A stretch of DNA of 63,734 nt, filler included, from Psammoneis japonica (GCA_008632985.1; 3 parts of 3 records of this genome joined end to end with filler, not necessarily neighbours in it); one strand, 5' to 3'; counted from the first letter of the whole stretch, positions 49,365 to 62,022 are shown. Translations and numbers: made by a program. The notes: a model not told the origin generated them from the letters alone.

Positions 49365-52300
49365 TTAGGAATGAAAGACCCGACTTCTCATTTTTCCACC
49401 TTTGCCACCCTTGCTGGATGCCGAAGACGGAGGCTTCGCGATGCTTGAAGAGAAGCTAGATTTTGAATGTCCACCCTTGCTCTTGGCAGATGAATAAGTA
49501 GCAGATCCCGAAGACGGTGTAGGTTTGAATCCCATCTTTCCTTCCTTGTCCTTGGAGGAGGAGCCGTAGGATCCCTTCTTTACTCCCTTGCTCTTGGAAG
49601 AAGAGCCCGAGGATCCCTTCTTTTCTCCCTTACCCTTGGAGGAGGACGATCCCTTCTTTCCGCCCTTGTTCTTGGAGGAGGACGAACCCTTCTTTCCGCC
49701 TTTACTTTTAGAGGAGGACGAACCCTTCTTTCCGCCCTTGCTCTTCGAGGAGGATGAACCTTTCTTTCCTCCCTTGCTCTTTGAGGATGATCCTCCCTTG
49801 CTCCCCTTGCTCGGTGGCTTCGGCGAAGGTGCAGGCGGCTTTGTAGGCTTGGGTGTCGGAGCAGAGTGGGAGCTGGTGTTGGCTCATGGGTCGGAGCAGG
49901 AGTGGGCTCAGGTGTCGGCTCATGCGTCGGAGCAGGAGTGGGCTCAGGTGTTGGCTCAGGCGTCGGAGATGGAGTGGGCTCGGGTGTCGGAGCTGGTGAT
50001 GCCGGCGGCTTTGGTGACGGCGCTGACCCGCCCTTGCTCTTGGAGGACGAGCCACCCTTGCCGCCCTTGCTCTTCGACGATCCACCTTCTTTCCGCCCTT
50101 GCTCTTGGAGGAAGACGAACCCTTCTTTCCGCCCTTGGATCCGCCCTTACTCTTCGAGGAGGATGAACCTTTCTTACCTCCCTTGCTCTTTGAGGATGAT
50201 CCTCCCTTGCTTCCCTTGCTCGGTGGCTTCGGCGAAGGTGCAGGCGGCTTTGTAGGCGTGGGTGTCGGAGCAGGAGTGGGAGCTGGTGTTGGCTCAGGCG
50301 TCGGAGCAGGAGTGGGCTCAGGCGTTGGAGCAGGAGTGGGCTCAGGCGTTGGAGCAGGAGTGGGCTCAGGTGTCGGAGCAGGAGTGGGATTAGGTGTCGG
50401 AGCAGGTGTTGCTGGTGGCTTTGGCGACGGCGCTGGAGGCTTTGGCGAAGGGGACGGAGGCTTAGGCGCTGGTGACGGGGGCTTTGGAGACGGTGACGGG
50501 GGCTTAGGCGTCGGATCAGGTGTTGGCGAATGCGTTGGAGAAGAAGTAGGAACAGACGTCGGTGCAGATGTTGGCGCAGGCGTGGGGGCTTTTGATGGCT
50601 CTGGCGATGGCTTAAGGGTTGGTGCTTGTGTAGCAGGTGGCTTCGGCGAAGGCGACGGGGGCTTTGGAGACGGTGATGGTGGCTTTGGCGAAGTCGACGG
50701 CGGCTTCGGAGACGGCGATGGCGGCTTCGGAGACGGTGATGGCGGCTTCGGAGACGGTGATGGCGGCTTCGGAGATGGCGACGGAGGCTTCGGCGGACAA
50801 GGACCCGGTGATGGCGGCTTTGGCGACGGTGGCGGCGGCTTCGGTGATGGTGACGGTGGCTTTGGCGACGGCTTCGGTGCTTTCGTTGGAGCCTCAGTTG
50901 CCGGAGGTGGTGGCTCCACAGAAGGTGCCGCAGTTGCAGGAGGCGGCGGAGAAGGCGACGGAGGTTTCGGCAAAGGTGACGGGGGCTTTGGCGAAGGTGA
51001 TGGCGGCATTGGGTAAGTTGTTGGAGAAAGAGTTGCCGGAGGCGGTGGAGGTTTCGGCGAAGGTGACGGGGGCTTAGGCGAAGGTGAAGGTGGCATTGGG
51101 GATTGTGTTGGAGAAAGAGTTGCCGGAGGAGGTGGTGAAGGTGGTTGAGGTTTCGGCGAAGGTGACGGTGGCTTGGGCGACGGTGGCATTGGGTACTTTG
51201 TTGGAGCGTGAGTTGCCGGTGGCTTCGGAGAGGGCGACGGGGGCTTGGGCGAAGGTGACGGGGGCTTTGGGTACTGTGTTGGAGTTGCAGTTGCAGGAGG
51301 TTCTGTTTGGCAGTCGGAGCTACCGGAGGCTTCGGAGAAGGTGACGGAGGCTTTGGTGAAGGTGACGGGGGCTTTGGGTACTTCGTTGGAGTCGCAGTTG
51401 CAGGAGGTTCTGGTTTGGCAGTCGGAGCTACCGGAGGCTTCGGAGAAGGTGACGGAGGCTTTGGCGAAGGTGACGGGGGCTTTGGGTACTTCGTTGGAGT
51501 CGCAGTTGCAGGAGGCTCTGGTTTGGCAGTCGGAGCTACCGGAGGCTTCGGAGAAGGTGACGGAGGCTTTGGCGAAGGCTTGGGATATTTTGTTGGCGGA
51601 AACGTCGGCGCTTTCGTTGGGGGTTTCGCCGGGGGAGTAATCGGTTCAGGAGGCTTAGTTGGAGATGCCGTTGGCGAAGGAGGGGTAATTGGCGCGGGTG
51701 GCGTGGTTGGAGATGCCGTTGGCGAAGGAGGAGTGATTGGTGCGGGTGGTGCAGTTGGAGATGCCGTTGGTGAAGGAGGGGTAATTGGTGCAGGTGGCGT
51801 AGTGGGTGGCAGCGTCGGGCGGGGTTGAGGCGGTGGGGTATCGGGTTGATCGGTTGGCGACAAGGTTGGCTCCAGAGTAGGAACAACAGTCGGCACAACG
51901 GTAATAACTGCATCTGGTGCCGACGGAGCGGGTGTCGGTGGCGGCGACGGCTGCCTCGTCGGATTGCTTGTAATGACCTGATCTGGTGCCGACGGCGCAG
52001 GAGTCGGAGGTGGAGTAGGTGTGGGCGTCGGGGGCGGCGACGGTTGCCGCGTCGGACTGCTTGTAATAACCTGATCTGGTGCCGACGGCGCAGGAGTCGG
52101 AGGTGGTGTAGGTGTGGGCGTCGGGGGCGGCNGTTGGAGTGGGTGTAGGAGGCGGCGTCGGAGTGGGTGTAGGGATGGGGTAAGTAACTTGATCTGGCGC
52201 CGACGGTGCGGGCGTCGGAGCGGCACTGGTGGCGGTGTCGGACCCGGTTGTGGTGGTGGGGTTTCGGGTTGATCGGTTGGTGACACGGTCGGCTCCAGAG

Positions 52301-54142
52301 TAGGAACAACAGTCGGCCCTACGGTAATAATTTCATCGGGTGCAGACGGGGCGGGTGTCGGAGGAGGACTGGGAGTAGTAGGCGGCGTCGGACTGGGTGT
52401 AGGAGGCGGTGTCGGACTGGATGTAGGGGATACGGTAATAACTGGATCTGGCGCCGACGGTGCGGGTGTCGGAGGCGGAGTCGGTGCGGATGTCGTGGGC
52501 GGCGTCGGACTGGGAGTAGTAGGCGGCGTCGGACTGGGTGTAGGAGGCGGTGTCGGACTGGATGTAGGGGATACGGTAATAACTGGATCTGGCGCCGACG
52601 GTGCGGGTGTCGGAGGCGGAGTCGGTGCAGATGTCGGAGGCGGCGTCGGACTGGGAGTAGGAGGCGGCGTCGGATTGGATGTAGGGGATACGGTAATAAC
52701 TGGATCTGGCGCCGACGGTCGGGGTCGGAGGTGGCGTTGGGGATGTAGACGGTGTTGGTGTCTGGGCTGTTGGCTCCGGACTCGGCGGTGGCGTTGGTGA
52801 TGTAGTTGGGCTGAGTGTCGGGGAAGGTGTAGGCACCAGGCGTGGGAAACAGGTGATGTCGGAGCTGGCGTTGGGGACGAAGACGGTGGTGGCGTCTGTG
52901 TGTTGGCTCCGGACTTGGAGGTGGCGTCGGCGAAGTAGTTGGGCTGAGTGTCACAATAGGTTCTCCCGCGGTTGGAGTAGGTGTCGGCCCCGGCGTCGGC
53001 GAAGGAGTAGGAACAGGTGTTGGTGGTGGTGTGGCCAACGGGTTTGTGACAAACTCGTATACCGCAGTATCCTCGCAAAGTTCGCCAGTAGGGAGAGGTA
53101 GCGCCTCAGCCACAATTTCCGTCCTATAGGTTGACGCGACGCACACGTCGATGGTTTCCGTGTTGGAAACATTACCTTTCTGCCCTGTCGATAGAGGGTT
53201 GGGAAGAAACTGGCCGACAAGGCTGGTGCTGTTCCCATCCCTAGTTTCGTCCAACGTGACCACTCTGATGGGCGTAGACCCCGTATTCTCGACAAAGTAG
53301 GTAACTGAAATGCTGGTAAGGCAGTCTTTGGATGCGCCTCCAACGTCACAGCCCTTCAGATGTAAACTGGCAAGCTCATCGTTGAGGCGCAGTGGGGCTG
53401 TTCCAGCAGCATTGAATGTAATCGTTTGGCCTCCTACCGTACAATTCATGACTGTGGGGAGTGCAGATGAACCCCGGAGATTTGAAACAGCATTTCCAGG
53501 CATCACACCAGACTCACTCGCAAAGCTATTGCCATTTTCATCAATGCAACTAATGTCCACGTCACTTGAAGGAGTATCGCCAGAGCAAGAAAATTCGCTG
53601 CCCTGGGATTGCTTTGAAGCACTGCAGGCGGTTGGCTGGTACACAAAGGTTAGGTCGGTCACAGGGGCACCGGTGAAGCACTGGCCATCCGGTTGAGCAA
53701 TGTTATCGCAGTCGACCGAGGTATCGTCCGTGAGTGTACAGCTGATGGTAGCCTGAACATGGAACAACGAGAAACATGGATAAGTTAGGGGTGCACGTAG
53801 AACTGTCAATAATCAGCGAGTACTTACTTCAGCAATACATTCAAGTCTTTCGGTTGGACTTGGGGTCGGTGATGGAGTAGGACCAGCTGTTGGCGACAGA
53901 GTCTCAACCGGTTCAGGCGTAGTTGGAGAGGGAGTTGGGAACCTGAAGATAAGGCCGGGAGATTTCGTCGGCGCACAGGTTGTGGTGTCAATCAGGAGCT
54001 CTCTATCTCCCTTACGGAGATGAAATCCTTTTGGGCTTCCCAGAATCTCAGAGGCACGACGAAGGATTTTACTGTAGAAGCGTTCATCTGCAGCCGCGTG
54101 CGGTGCTACAGATATCAGGAGCAGCACAGCTGCAATCCGCAT
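49365..54142 (-). CDS. Paralogue 2 of the same secreted protein, with an extra Cys-rich globular domain and one intron
   Basis: [18 protein letters not shown] and the same N- and C-termini. GT-AG intron 53753-53827 joins ECIAE to ATISCTL in frame. Frameshifts and an n in the repeats suggest sequence error. Confidence 0.78.
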
Positions 54143-55122
54143 CGTTTCTCTTTCAAGTCACTAATCACTAACACAAGGCTCGAGAAGGACCTTATCACGA
54201 AGTTCTTTTGGGTCGCTGAGCTGTTGCGAGGAAAATGTGAGTGTTTTTGATCTTTACCAATCCCGAGATATGGAACGCTGAGGTGCGCCGCCACATCGGG
54301 TTCACGTAGAGTAATACGAAGGAAAGTTCTTTGGTTAGCAAAAATGTGAGCGGGTCTTGTTGCCGAGTTTTTTTGAACCCGGTTTCATGATGAATAATTT
54401 TTTTCTCGATACTAAAATGAGTTAGCATCGCAAACGTGTGGTTTGTGTCATGGAAAATAAATAAATAAACCCTATAAAGGTATTTAGGTTTTTTTGTCTA
54501 TGTTGGCTAATACTTGAATATGAATATAATTAAAAGTATATATATGTTTGAAAGTCTATCATTTGATCGCGCTATCACATCCACAAGCTTTCACATTCAA
54601 TTGAATTTTTTAATTTTTATTTCGAGTCGTGTGATGGACCCTCCGTTGAATGTCAAGTGTTATTCAAAGTAACAATGACTGTTTTTGAAGATATACCAAT
54701 CCCGGATGGTCGGCTTGGCTTTCCTCGTTGTCGGAGTGGCGCACTCCAATCGTGACTTCCTGCGTCAGCACTATTTTCCTGCGCGCCATCACCATTTCCC
54801 AGTGGCTGTGACGGATGTCACTTGAAATGTGCTGATAAATGGGGCACATGCAAGAATGCTCAGGCATCAAACGTCACATGATCAGGCATTGTTCACATGT
54901 GGTGTGCGAGGGCAAGAATGTCAACCTTGGTCTCTCTGTGGAGGGTGTTGAGGACAGACACTCCTGACATGTTCACTTGGATGAACGAACTTGAGCAGGG
55001 TTAAAATCCTTGCATCGAGTCCCACAGTCAACTTCGATGCGACACACATGCAGGATTTTTTGTGCAAGTTTGGCTTGGCATTTTTTGAGTCTTACGAGGA
55101 ACAGTGAGATTGTTGCCACAAC

Positions 55123-55519
55123 GACGCGTTCCAGCCCCAGGTGGGACTCCGTGTGACATTGGGCCCGTGGAATTCCACGTGTGAGCTCAATTGTAAAATT
55201 GTTGAGCAATGAACATGTGAATGATTGCCAACAGAAAAAGAGGCAATTTTGCAAACGCATCTCCTCCTCCACACTTTGAGCACATTCTTTGCGCAGCATG
55301 CCCGGGTGTGTTTTCAGACACCAAAGAACATGCCCAGCGCACTTTTGTTGTCACAAATGCAGACAACAGAAAGCCTTTGGCTTCACAAAACAGGCAGTGT
55401 GGAACAAATTTTTGTGATGGAACATGCAGAAATGCACGTGCGAAACATGCGACGGATGATGAAAAACAACCATGTCACAGCTCAGCAGTGCGAGGTCCCA
55501 CCTGGAGCTGGAACGCATC
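55123..55519 (-). mobile_element. GACGCG-family MITE copy 5 (TA-converted)
   Basis: gacgcgttccagccccaggtggga ... tcccacctggagctggaacgcatc. TSD not clean. Confidence 0.88.
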
Positions 55520-56202
55520 GACGACATTGCTGCGCTCTTGCTCAAATTGGCGCTTTTCATGCAGAAACAGCCCAAGTTTTGAGACATGGTTTCCCAAGTC
55601 ACACTTGTGCATCCAAAGCTCCTGGTGGCCTTTGTCAATTCAGCCCCCATGGGTCCTGCCGCAACAGCTTTTTTGGCGCCACCAAGACAGCAGATGTGTG
55701 AGATGACAGGGCTCTCCTCTGACAAAATCAGCACAACCAATTTTCTGTTGACTGTGACACAAACTTTGTCCAAGAGCTCTCTCTCTCTCTCTCTCTTTCT
55801 TGAACAAATGATCAAAATTTCCATCAAATGTGACAAACAAATGGCGCTGGCAGCTGAGGTGAAGCCACTTGATCGGGCACAATTTGTCCAGCTGTTTCAG
55901 CAAACAGCAGGCACAACAACATTGGCCGAAGTCAAGAAAATGAGATTTTTGCAGTGGCTTCATCAGTGGCTAGCTGCTGTTGTTGATGTGTGGTGAGCTT
56001 TTGTGTTGGAACGATCAGAGGGGCAAGGGACAGGCGATTTGAGTCGACTGATTAATTTGATGTCAAGTCACCACGCTGTCTCTCTCTCTTTCTTTTTTTC
56101 TCTCTCTCTCTCTCTCTCTCTCTTGAATGAATGAGTGAATGAATTGGCACACTCTCTTTCTTTGTCTGGACAGGAGTTTGCAACAGGGTGTGGTCCTGCA
56201 CA

Positions 56203-56595
56203 GACGCGTTCCAGCCCCAGGTGGGACTCCGTGTGACATTGGGCCCGTAGAATTCTACGTGCGAGCTCCGTAGTACGAGAATTTAATTAATGGATATATT
56301 TGTCTTCAACATCAAATAAATGGCCAAGTTTGTGGTACAATTATGCCTGTTACCACTTGACGTTTTTCCAAATGCGCCTGCCCTACGCGATTCTTAAGAC
56401 ATTATAGAATCGCGCTGTAACAAAAAAAAATGTCAAAAGTTGTTGGACGGATCGCTCAATAAGTGTACCGTAAAATGACACAAAATGTCGAAAAAATCAC
56501 GTAGAAATCTACGTGCGCGACATACGACGTGATTCAAAAAACTATCGATGTCACAGTTCAGTAGTACGAGGTCCCACCTAGACCTGGAACGCGTC
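56203..56595 (-). mobile_element. GACGCG-family MITE copy 6 (young, TA-retaining)
   Basis: gacgcgttccag...ctggaacgcgtc. Perfect TSD caca at 56199-56202 and 56596-56599. Abundant TA. Confidence 0.93.
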
Positions 56596-59500
56596 CACAG
56601 CAGCAGTGACAGACACAGCCATGTGATGAAATAGCGTCAAGGGAAATTGCTTGCTTTCTTTCAAAACAGTGAACTGGGGGGCTCATTGCAAGAGTTGCAC
56701 ATGCAACATGTTTTCAGCTCCTCTCCTGCTCTTGGTTGTTGATCAGCTGTGCTTCTGTGCACATCAAACATCCAAAAAAAAGGCCTGGAGACAAGACTGA
56801 TTTTGTCAAAAATGCAAGGGTTTCTCAAAGGTGTGGACAAGTCTCCATGAACTGCAAAGCCAAAAATTCATGTCCACATGGCTCACCTGTTTGCATGGCT
56901 TCACACCAAAAAAATCAAAAACAAGCAGCTGATCCATCACTCACAATCCAGGCAACATCCTGGGGTGTGCCAACAATTTGATCTTGTTTCAAGTGCATTG
57001 AAGAGCCCTCCATGGTTGCCGCACTTGTTGGTGTTTGCATGTCAAAATTGCACACACCTTTTCCATTGCTTTTGTTTCAAAGTGAGCTCAGTCAGGTCTG
57101 TCAGTGCACAGCCCCAGAAGATTCTCCTAACTCACATCAAGTTGAGCCACTCCATGTTGCTTGGCACAACCAGTTGCTGGATGATCCATTTCCCACACGC
57201 TGACAGATGAAAGGTGCTTTGGTTGTCGAGTGGGGTCAAATCCTTTCAAGTGCACCTGAATGGATCTGCTTGCATTGGGACACATCCTTTCAAGCCACAC
57301 ACAGCCATGTCAAGCACACAAGAGAACCCGCACGTGTTCTGCATGGCTCACAAGAAACACCCAAGTTTTGACTCCACAGCATGCACCGTGAGCCTTTGGA
57401 ACACATCGGATGCAGAAGCAGCCAGTGATGACATGAACTTTTTTAAGCATGCCATGTGTCAAAAGCGGCCATGCCATGCACAAGGTGGATGTTGGCACCA
57501 AGCATTGTGCTGGCACCTTGGTGGACAATGAGACCTGCAAGATGGGCATCTTTTGGACCAGGAAAAGGGGCTTGAGTGGCAAGGTGATGATTTGGCTTTG
57601 CTTCAAGGATGACTCTGCCAATGAAGCCCACTGGAACAATGCCCGCATGGTGTCTCTCACAAGTTTTTTTTCAGTGGGAGCTGTTGTGTGAAGCAACAGC
57701 TGAGTGTGCAGCTGATCTGCACAGCATCATTTGCTGCAGTTTTGCAAGAGTTGCTGCACACAATTTTGCATTTGTCAACACCAGTTTGTGACAAAACATC
57801 TCAGTGTTTAAATTGGGGAGCTCAATTGACAACCAAATCATTTGTGTTGGCCAGCAGAGCAAAGTTGAAAGCACCGCCAGCTGACAGATTGGTGAGCACC
57901 CCTCATTCATGATTGAGCCTGGGGAGGACATTGGTGGAAATGACAGCTTTGGTCAAGCAAAAGCAAGCTGCAACAAACAAGCACCTTTTCCAACCTTTTG
58001 TGACCACATCAAAGACTCGCAAGGTCTGCTGCACAGAGAGCACCGTTGAGGGTGAGAGCAGCCCACATCATTGAGTCATGTGATGGGCCATCCACTGCAT
58101 GTCTCAACTCCAACACAAAGTGCAGCAAACATGGTGGCATTTCAAATGAGTGCCTGCCCTGGATGTCATTGTGTCCAAGTGATGCACTCCAGTCCTGGTG
58201 TGCCAGCATTGTTTGAAATGTGCCAACCAATGTGGTGCATGCAAAAAATCTCTGGCAGCAACAGACAAGGCAGCTTTGCAATGAAGCTCAACTGAGCTTG
58301 GGGTTGTTGTTGCAAGAGAGAAGTGTGGTGTCTGACCGCTGCTCCTCTTGGCGGATGGATGGCGAGCTGCTCCACTGCACACTGGCACAAATGTTTTTGA
58401 TTTGAAAAAAAAGCCCTCAAGGTGCACAGCTGCACTAGCCCAAAATCATGCTTTTTGCCAAAGAAGGTGCTGGCAAATCCATGTGCCACAGCACCAAAGC
58501 TCACACTCACTGAGCATGCTGCATGACTTCATGCAACAAAAAAGCCAAAACAAACAATTGGCTTCTCACCCACAATCTCAGCAAAGCACCCCATGACAAG
58601 CCAATGGTTGGTCTTGCATCATCAAAAAAGGGGCATGAGCAAAAACCATCCAGTCTTTCTTTGGTGCTTGCTTCAAAGTGAGCTCAGCCACCCCTGTCAG
58701 CATGTGGCTGGCCTTGACTCTGGTTGCCCCCTGCACACCAACAACCCAAGCCACTGCACGCCAGTTTCTGGCCCACCCCTTTCCCAGACATTGAAGAGTG
58801 AAGGCTCTCTCTGTCACATCACAGCCTCCTGCTGCAGCCAGGGCATGATGGTCAGTTGCTCTCTTTCTGCCAAAGAAATGGCATGTTTCACATTTCTTGC
58901 ACTCATCAGTGCACGACTTTTGGAGCCACGCCCCCCCCCCCCCCCCCCTGGCAGAAAAGGATGCTTTGCAGCCAATGTGCTGTTTCAAAAATGAGAGACT
59001 TGAGGTTGGAAAGGGAAAAAAGGAAAGGATCAAAATGGCATGCCTGGCAAATGCAACAAATCCACTCTTGATCCTTGAAGACCCCTGGAGCCTGGAGGCA
59101 TTTGCTTTCACCCTGCACACATCACTGCACAGAAAAGGGTGGTGGCTGTGAAAGTGCACAAAAACAAGCCAAAAGAGAGGAGGCTGTGAAACACCAATGC
59201 AAAACAATCATGAAGAAGAAGCTGTGCTTGCAGAGAGCAGCGGCATGCACTGCTCTGCTTGGACATTCTGTTTCTGCATGATTAAAAGTCAACAACAATG
59301 ACTTGTTCCCACTTTTTTGCTTTCTCTTTTTGCTTTTTGTTGTTGGCATTCCACATGCTCAAGAGGCAACAACACTGCTGATGGGACTGCGTATGAGGGG
59401 CCCAGTCGATTGTAAAATCTGGGAGAGCTCGCCGCACAATTGATCCCTGCAATTACAATCGAGTCATGAATGACGACATTATGCACGACCAAAGCACTGA

Positions 59501-60105
59501 CAAAATGAAGAGGAGCTGCTTGGCTGACAGTGCGTGCAATGCATGGTTTTCTTCAGCGAAAGTGACATTGGGGCAGAGCGAACGCTTCATCTCTAGATGG
59601 GACAGCTACGCACGAAGCGTTTGACACTAAAGAAATTTTCCGTCACTGCGTATGTTACTGTCAGTCGATGTCACTATCGGACTTAAGCATTGCTTGCACA
59701 AGGATGGCGGTTTCAAGGACGACCAATAGATGATGTCGGGGCTCCGTTTGTCATTTGAGAGTAATGTAGTGCCCGTTGTCTTCAACCCTTGACGAAACAT
59801 ACAAATTTTGAACCGACACAGGCGATATCTTTTAAAAAGAGTGATGGTGCGAGTAGCAAAGAAGCAAAAGATTATCGGGATGCGTTCAGTTTTTCTCCTT
59901 CTTCCATACTCACTCTATCTATCCAAGACGTTACTCACTCATGAAATGCAGTTAGCGTCTCGTTGTTTGTTTGAATATAGGATGGTATGACCGTCTTCTT
60001 GGACTAGGAATCCAGTTTTGTATCTGGAACAGGATGTGTATCCAATGATATCTCGAAGCACCCAACGGTTGCTGCTCAAAGCAGTTAAACGACAAAGAAA
60101 AACCT

Positions 60106-62022
60106 CTAGGCGATACGGATAGTATGGGTGCAAAATCGTTCCAATTGTTCGTCGGAGTGTGTCACGAGAATGACAGGAATACCAGAATCAACGAGGGTCG
60201 TTTCCACCAATGATGAAGTTTTCTTGTCGAGTGCTCCCATGGATTCATCCAAGAGCAGAACTGTTGGTTTCAACGATAGGGCAATTGCAAGTGAGGCACG
60301 CTGTGCTTCCCCTCCCGATAAGGTAGACCAAGATTGATCCAAGGCGCTTGGATGTAAGCTCCACTGGATGCAATACTGGTCGGGACAAGGGGTGTTATCT
60401 TTCTCATTCTTCATTCGTCGGCTTTTGTAGCCAAGTACTTCGTTGAAAAACATTCTTGGAGTTCCACCGAGCGTTGGTTTATCCTGTGGTAACCAAGATA
60501 CCATGGATCGCCATTGGGCAAGACTATAGCTAGGCGAAACAGCACCGTTCAAAGAGATTTGCTTGTCATTTGTACCACTGAATACCTCAAACGCAGCAAG
60601 AGTTCTCAATAGCTGCGTCTTCCCTGATCCACTTGGGCCCATAACTCCGATACGGTCGCCATGAAAAAGATTGAATGAAACAGTTCGATGGTCGCGATGC
60701 CCGACCTTGACTTTGAGTTCTTTAACCTCCAAAACCGGCATATCTCTGCGGTCTTTTTTATCCGGCGTGCTCATCTCCATCGCCTTTATGGTGGGAGAAT
60801 TCTCGAATGAAGGTACTGACAAGCTCCCCGTTGAAGCCTTGGGTGAGTTCAGTCGAGTGTGTTTAGGATCTGCTGATAATCGAATACCGACAATCGATGC
60901 TACAAGTCGCCAGATGTAAGCTGATGGTGATTTGTCGCGGCTTATTGTGCCTTGATCTTGTGCTTGTTTGCCGCCCGTGTTTATTGAATAAAGTCGAGTC
61001 AGAGTGAGTGTTTCGCTAGCAAACATTTCGCGCTTAACCAATTGACAAAGGACAAGAACCATTGCGCAGGCACTGGTGGTAATGAAAAATAAAATCATGA
61101 CTTGGTATGCCGCCGCTTGATGCGGCGACTGTCCCGCCAATATTTGCCCCGACATCATGCCAGGCATGTGTACAATACCCGTAATGGAAAGAGAGTTGAT
61201 GGCGGGTGTTAGAGCGGACGTCAGAGCTGTCCGCACATGTGGTAACGCCGCCTCATCCGACGACGCACCACGAGCCAAGCGCAGTTCGATCTGATCTCTT
61301 CGAAGGGCGAATTCCTTTGTAAGCGAATCCGCAGCTAAACTAGCAGCTGATAAGGTATTACCAAATATCATTCCAGATATCGGGATAACGGTTCTTGGTT
61401 GAAACCAGGGATCGAGATTTCCCAATACATTCCACAGCAATGCAAGTCCCAGTACCGATAGCCCACCGGATAGTACAGAAACTACCAAGTGCTTGCTCAA
61501 CGCGGGATAGGAATACTCAACGCGCATATACGATTCATAGGCTGCAATTATTCCCACTCCAATAATCCATGACATGACAATGGCAGGATTGGTTGTTCCA
61601 AACAGTCTCGTGAGTATCAACGACCCCACCAGATAGAGTTGAAGCGCACACCGACCGCATGCAATCATAATCTGAACCGACAGCCGCTTCAGTCCTGCAA
61701 TTCTCATTCCTACACCACCAACCGATAAAGCCATACAAGCAGCGATTCCGAGCTTTTTCAATTCAAGTGGATGAGCTTGTGTTATTGGTGACGGAGAAGC
61801 AGCAGACGAAGCAGCAGACGCGGGAGACTTTGCCAGAATGAACCACGAAAGAATCATAGCCATTACGAAGTATATTTTTCTTCTCTGCTTTCTCGGTTCT
61901 CTATTCGCATTGGTCTTGAAGATACTGAATGGCCGTCGTCCAACGTCTCTCGTGTGTATGGTTCGATTGATGCGGTTGTTTTCTTCTGGACATTGTATGT
62001 TTGACTTTGCCAATGTCGACAT
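60106..62022 (-). CDS. Fused UPF0014 (FetB/YbbM, STAR2/ALS3-like) permease + ABC ATPase (FetA/STAR1-like)
   Basis: PWFQPRTVIPISGMIFGN, GIVHMPGMMSGQILAGQSP..AAAYQ; Walker A GPSGSGKT, signature LSGGEAQR, Walker B LLLDE, H-loop VTH. The true start may lie further upstream. Confidence 0.9.
   Translation of the reverse strand: MSTLAKSNIQCPEENNRINRTIHTRDVGRRPFSIFKTNANREPRKQRRKIYFVMAMILSWFILAKSPASAASSAASPSPITQAHPLELKKLGIAACMALSVGGVGMRIAGLKRLSVQIMIACGRCALQLYLVGSLILTRLFGTTNPAIVMSWIIGVGIIAAYESYMRVEYSYPALSKHLVVSVLSGGLSVLGLALLWNVLGNLDPWFQPRTVIPISGMIFGNTLSAASLAADSLTKEFALRRDQIELRLARGASSDEAALPHVRTALTSALTPAINSLSITGIVHMPGMMSGQILAGQSPHQAAAYQVMILFFITTSACAMVLVLCQLVKREMFASETLTLTRLYSINTGGKQAQDQGTISRDKSPSAYIWRLVASIVGIRLSADPKHTRLNSPKASTGSLSVPSFENSPTIKAMEMSTPDKKDRRDMPVLEVKELKVKVGHRDHRTVSFNLFHGDRIGVMGPSGSGKTQLLRTLAAFEVFSGTNDKQISLNGAVSPSYSLAQWRSMVSWLPQDKPTLGGTPRMFFNEVLGYKSRRMKNEKDNTPCPDQYCIQWSLHPSALDQSWSTLSGGEAQRASLAIALSLKPTVLLLDESMGALDKKTSSLVETTLVDSGIPVILVTHSDEQLERFCTHTIRIA

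Larger units (their letters stand above)
54800..59570. mobile_element. Unclassified, heavily mutated repeat DNA (TA-depleted; also CG-depleted from ~56640)
   Basis: Composition matches the identified dead elements. Hosts two MITEs and (CT)n runs. I recognise no protein motif. Confidence 0.55.

Noticed and set aside
46279..51828. Plus-strand Gly-rich (GFGEGDG) ORFs
   Set aside because: Antisense shadows of the Pro-rich minus-strand genes, which have the signal peptides and the intron.
1..59570. Hundreds of overlapping Cys/His-rich ORFs as novel metal-binding proteins
   Set aside because: Explained by loss of TAA/TAG stops and Tyr->Cys/His in dead transposons.
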